A DNA stretch of 64,000 nucleotides from NCBI GenBank assembly GCA_963758295.1, contig CAVWUU010000004.1, positions 1,280,001-1,344,000 of the forward strand. The letters run 5' to 3'. This stretch comes from Candidatus Eremiobacteria bacterium (GTDB lineage Bacteria; Vulcanimicrobiota; Vulcanimicrobiia; Vulcanimicrobiales; Vulcanimicrobiaceae). The notes under the pieces were generated by a model that was given only the letters and a program-made list of their open reading frames with translations, did not search any database and had not been told where the DNA came from. Each line of letters begins with the position of its first letter. Within the stretch, counting starts at the first letter, position 1. Positions 61,068 through 64,000 of this stretch are shown in pieces. Both the position numbers and the translations under genes were made by a program.

Positions 61068-61976
61068 TCAGGCGTCGAGCGCCGCTGCGAGTCCGCTCAG
61101 GTCTTGCACGTGCGGGAAGCGACGGCCGCCGCACGGTGCATGTCGCCACGCGGTGGCGAAGCGCTTCGCGCGCGAACGTTTCGCGGACGCGGGCGATCCA
61201 CGGATCGCCGAGATACGTCGCGAGGCTACCCAGCACGATCGTGTCGACGACGAGCAGATCGGCGAGCATCGCGCACGCTCGCGCCGACCGCATCTGCGTT
61301 GTCCTGGACCGCGCGCTGCGCGGCGGCGTCGCCGCGTGCGGCGCGTCGCGCGACCTCTTCGCCGGTCGTCGCATCGAACGACGGATCGTGGCGGCGTGCC
61401 AGCGCGGGCAGCGCGCTCGCCGAGCCGTACGACTCGAAGCAGCCGGGTTTTCCGAACACGTCGGGGCCGTCGTCGCGGTACCGGACGTGGCCGATCTCGG
61501 ACGAGCTTCCGTCGGCGCCGTAGCGCGCGCGTGCCGTCGATCACGAGCCCCGCGCCGAAGCCGGTGCCGCAGGTCAGATAAACGAGACCGGTCACCTCGC
61601 GGTCGATGCCCCAGCGGTATTCGGCGAGCGCGCAGGCCGCCGCGTCGTGATGCACGACGACCGGGCGCTCGAGGTCCTCACGCAACCGCTCCCGCAACGG
61701 GAAACCGTGCAGCCCTGGAAGATGCGGCGCCGCGACGACGACGCCCGAACGCGCGTTCATCGGACCGCCGACGGCGACGCCGATCGCGCGCACATCGGGC
61801 GCGATCGATCGAAGGGTGTCGCGGATGCTCGCGTACAGCGCTTCGCCGTCGCGCGCCTGCGTCGGCCACGACCGTCGTTCGCGAATCGTTCCGCCGGCCG
61901 TGCCGGCGAGAACGCTCGTCGTCGTCCCGCCGATGTTGACGCCCGCGATCGCATCGCGCTCGGGATACGCGCTCAT
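61068..61976 (-). CDS. ROK family sugar kinase (frameshifted)
   Basis: GVNIGGT, HDAAACALAE, GTGFGAG, EIGH, GCFESYGS. Confidence 0.85.
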   Translation of the reverse strand: MSAYPERDAIAGVNIGGTTTSVLAGTAGGTIRERRSWPTQARDGEALYASIRDTLRSIAPDVRAIGVAVGGPMNARSGVVVAAPHLPGLHGFPLRERLREDLERPVVVHHDAAACALAEYRWGIDREVTGLVYLTCGTGFGAGLVIDGTRALRRRRKLVRDRPRPVPRRRPRRVRKTRLLRVVRLGERAARAGTPPRSVVRCDDRRRGRATRRTRRRRRAARGPGQRRCGRRERARCSPICSSSTRSCWVASRRISAIRGSPASAKRSRAKRFATAWRHAPCGGRRFPHVQDLSGLAAALDA

Positions 61977-63703
61977 CGGACGATCACGTCGGCGTCAGGC
62001 TCGCTGGCGTTGAGCCGCGCGACGAGCGCGGCGCGCCGCGACAGCACCGTCGCGCGATCCGGCGTCCCATCGGGGCCGTACTCGTCGGGATCGAGCGGCG
62101 TGCCGACGACGAGCGCGCGCGCCGGCTCGCGCGCCGCATCGTGCGCGGCCGTACGACGCATCGCATCGGCGATCGCGCCCTGGAGCTCGGCGCGGTCGAG
62201 CAGCGTGTCCGCGCGCGGCCAGACCAGCAGTCCGGCGTGCGCGCGGCCGTCGCCGGTCACGACGACGTCGGCTGCGTCGGGGCACGCCGCGAGAAAATGC
62301 GCCCGAAGCTCGCCGGCGCGCACCCACGTGCCCGAGGCGAGCTTGAACCGATCGTCGAGCCGTCCGGCGAAAGCGAGTCCGGTCTGCGGTGCGCGCGCGT
62401 CCACCGGCCGAAGCAGATCGCCGCTCCGGTAGAATCCTTCGTCATCGAACGCCGCGGCGGTCAGGTCGGCGCGCCACCAGTAGCCCGTCGTCACCTGCGC
62501 TCCCCGCACGCGCGCTTCGAATGCGGTTCCGGCGGGGACGAGCTTCAGCTCGATTCCCGGCACCGGCATGCCGACCGCATCCGCCGGCGCCTCGGGATCG
62601 CCGGTGACGGTCGCCGTCATCGTCGTTTCGGTCGCACCCCAGGTTCCGGCGAGCGGAACGCCAAGCGCGCGCAGCGCATCGCGCGTCGTGCGCGCGAGCG
62701 GCGCACCCGTCCAGCACGCGAGCCGCAGCCGCGCGAGCCATCGACGGCGTAACGCATCGTCGGCGCGCACGCGCTCGACCCACGCCGCCCATCCGAGCGG
62801 GACGTCGAACGCGAGCGTCGGCGCGATCGACGCGCGCAGCTCTGCGCTGCGCTCTGCATCCCGCCGTCCCGTGCTCCGGGCCGAATCCTGCCGCACCCCT
62901 CCGCCCGGATCCACGTACAGCGTTCCCGCGTGACGCAGCACGATGCCGAGCACCGTGTTCCCGCCGAAGGAGCGGTGCCACGGGAGCCGGTCGACGACGA
63001 CCGGCGGCTCCTCGTCGAGGAACGGCCACGTCTGCGCGAGCGCCTCGAGCATCGCGCACAGCATCGCATGCGTGTGCACGACGCCTTTCGTCTCGCCCGA
63101 GGAACGCGCGGTGAACAGCACCTTGGCGACGGTCTCGCCGGTCAGCTCGATGTCGCCGTCGCCGAGCGGCGGATGCTCCGCGAGCGCAGCGATGTCGACG
63201 GCTCGGACCATCGCGCGGAGGCGCGCCGGCGCACACGAAACGCACCCCGTCGCCGAGCGCGCGAAACGCCGCGGCGTATGCAACGCCGTCGCCGGCGAAT
63301 GCGACCGCCGGCCGCACGTCGGCTCCGATCGCCCGTAACCGCGCGAAGTCATCGCCGGACGAAAGCCCCGCCGCCGGCGCGAGCGGCACGACGGGCACGC
63401 CGGCGCGCAGCGCGCCGAACGTCATGAGCGCGTGGTCGATGCCGTTCCCGCTGAGGATCAGCAGCGGGCGCGACGCCGAGGCGCCGAGCGCGCGCAAGCC
63501 GGCGCCGATGCTCCGCGACAGCTCGGCGGCGCGCGCGTAGCTCAGCTCGCGCCACACATCGCGCGCGTCCCGCTCGATCAGAAAGGCACGGCTCGGGGCG
63601 CGCCTCGCCGCCGCGTCGAGCAGCTGAGTCAACGTCGCCGCATGCGCGCGCAACGGCTCGCCGCGCAGCAGCAGCGAGCCGTCTGACGCACGCGACGTTT
63701 CGA
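61973..63703 (-). CDS. AMP-binding feruloyl-CoA synthetase-like enzyme (frameshifted; start approximate)
   Basis: ILSGNGIDHA, AKVLFT....TKGV, WGATET, AFDDEGFYRSGD, FKLASGTWV. Confidence 0.8.
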
Positions 63704-64000
63704 TCAGATCGTCGTACCCCCGAGCACCGTGCCGCGGATCCGGTAGCACACCCCGCGAAAGAGCGCGACCGGTTCGCCGTCGCGCGTCACGACGATGTCG
63801 TACACGCCGGTCCGGCCCTTCGACGAGCGTTCTTCGGCTTCGGCGACGAGGTGGTCGCCGAGCTTCACCGAGGCGAGGTACGAGATCGAGCACTGCAGCG
63901 CCACGTTCGGCTCGTCGCGCGAGTTGCACGCGAACGCGAACGTCGAGTCGGCCAGCGTATACGTCACGCCGCCGTGCGCGATCGCGTGGCCGTTGACCAT
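63704..64000 (-). CDS. paaI: PaaI-type hotdog thioesterase (5' end outside the window)
   Basis: NGHAIAHGG..YTLADSTFAFACNS, GRTGVYD, ALFRG. Confidence 0.85.
   Translation of the reverse strand: MVNGHAIAHGGVTYTLADSTFAFACNSRDEPNVALQCSISYLASVKLGDHLVAEAEERSSKGRTGVYDIVVTRDGEPVALFRGVCYRIRGTVLGGTTI

Overview
The window has two very different halves joined abruptly near 37,660. The left half (visibly lower GC, mostly clean reading frames) is an accessory region. It holds periplasmic hydrolases, aqpZ, a FecR/DUF6600-like protein, two paralogous Cys-rich TonB-dependent receptors each near an orphan HTH-helical-repeat protein and a DUF1579-like gene, many regulators, a shortened P450, a PAS-GGDEF protein, an ABC exporter and a broken LytS/LytTR pair. 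The right half (visibly higher GC, many single-base frameshifts, probably sequencing errors) is core chromosome: radical SAM, dapF, hfq, miaA, mutL, mutS, hpnK/hpnI, miaB, der, plsY, efp, paaI. The receptor family and gene content suggest Eremiobacterota/Vulcanimicrobiota; this is recalled and unverified. Best leads: (i) the duplicated receptor + orphan regulator + DUF1579-like module, (ii) three identically spaced tripartite operators defining a probable MocR regulon, (iii) an RBS-occluding hairpin ahead of the second receptor, (iv) a structured element before aqpZ. I saw no rRNA, tRNA, CRISPR array or transposase. All family calls come from reading motifs by eye, not from searches.
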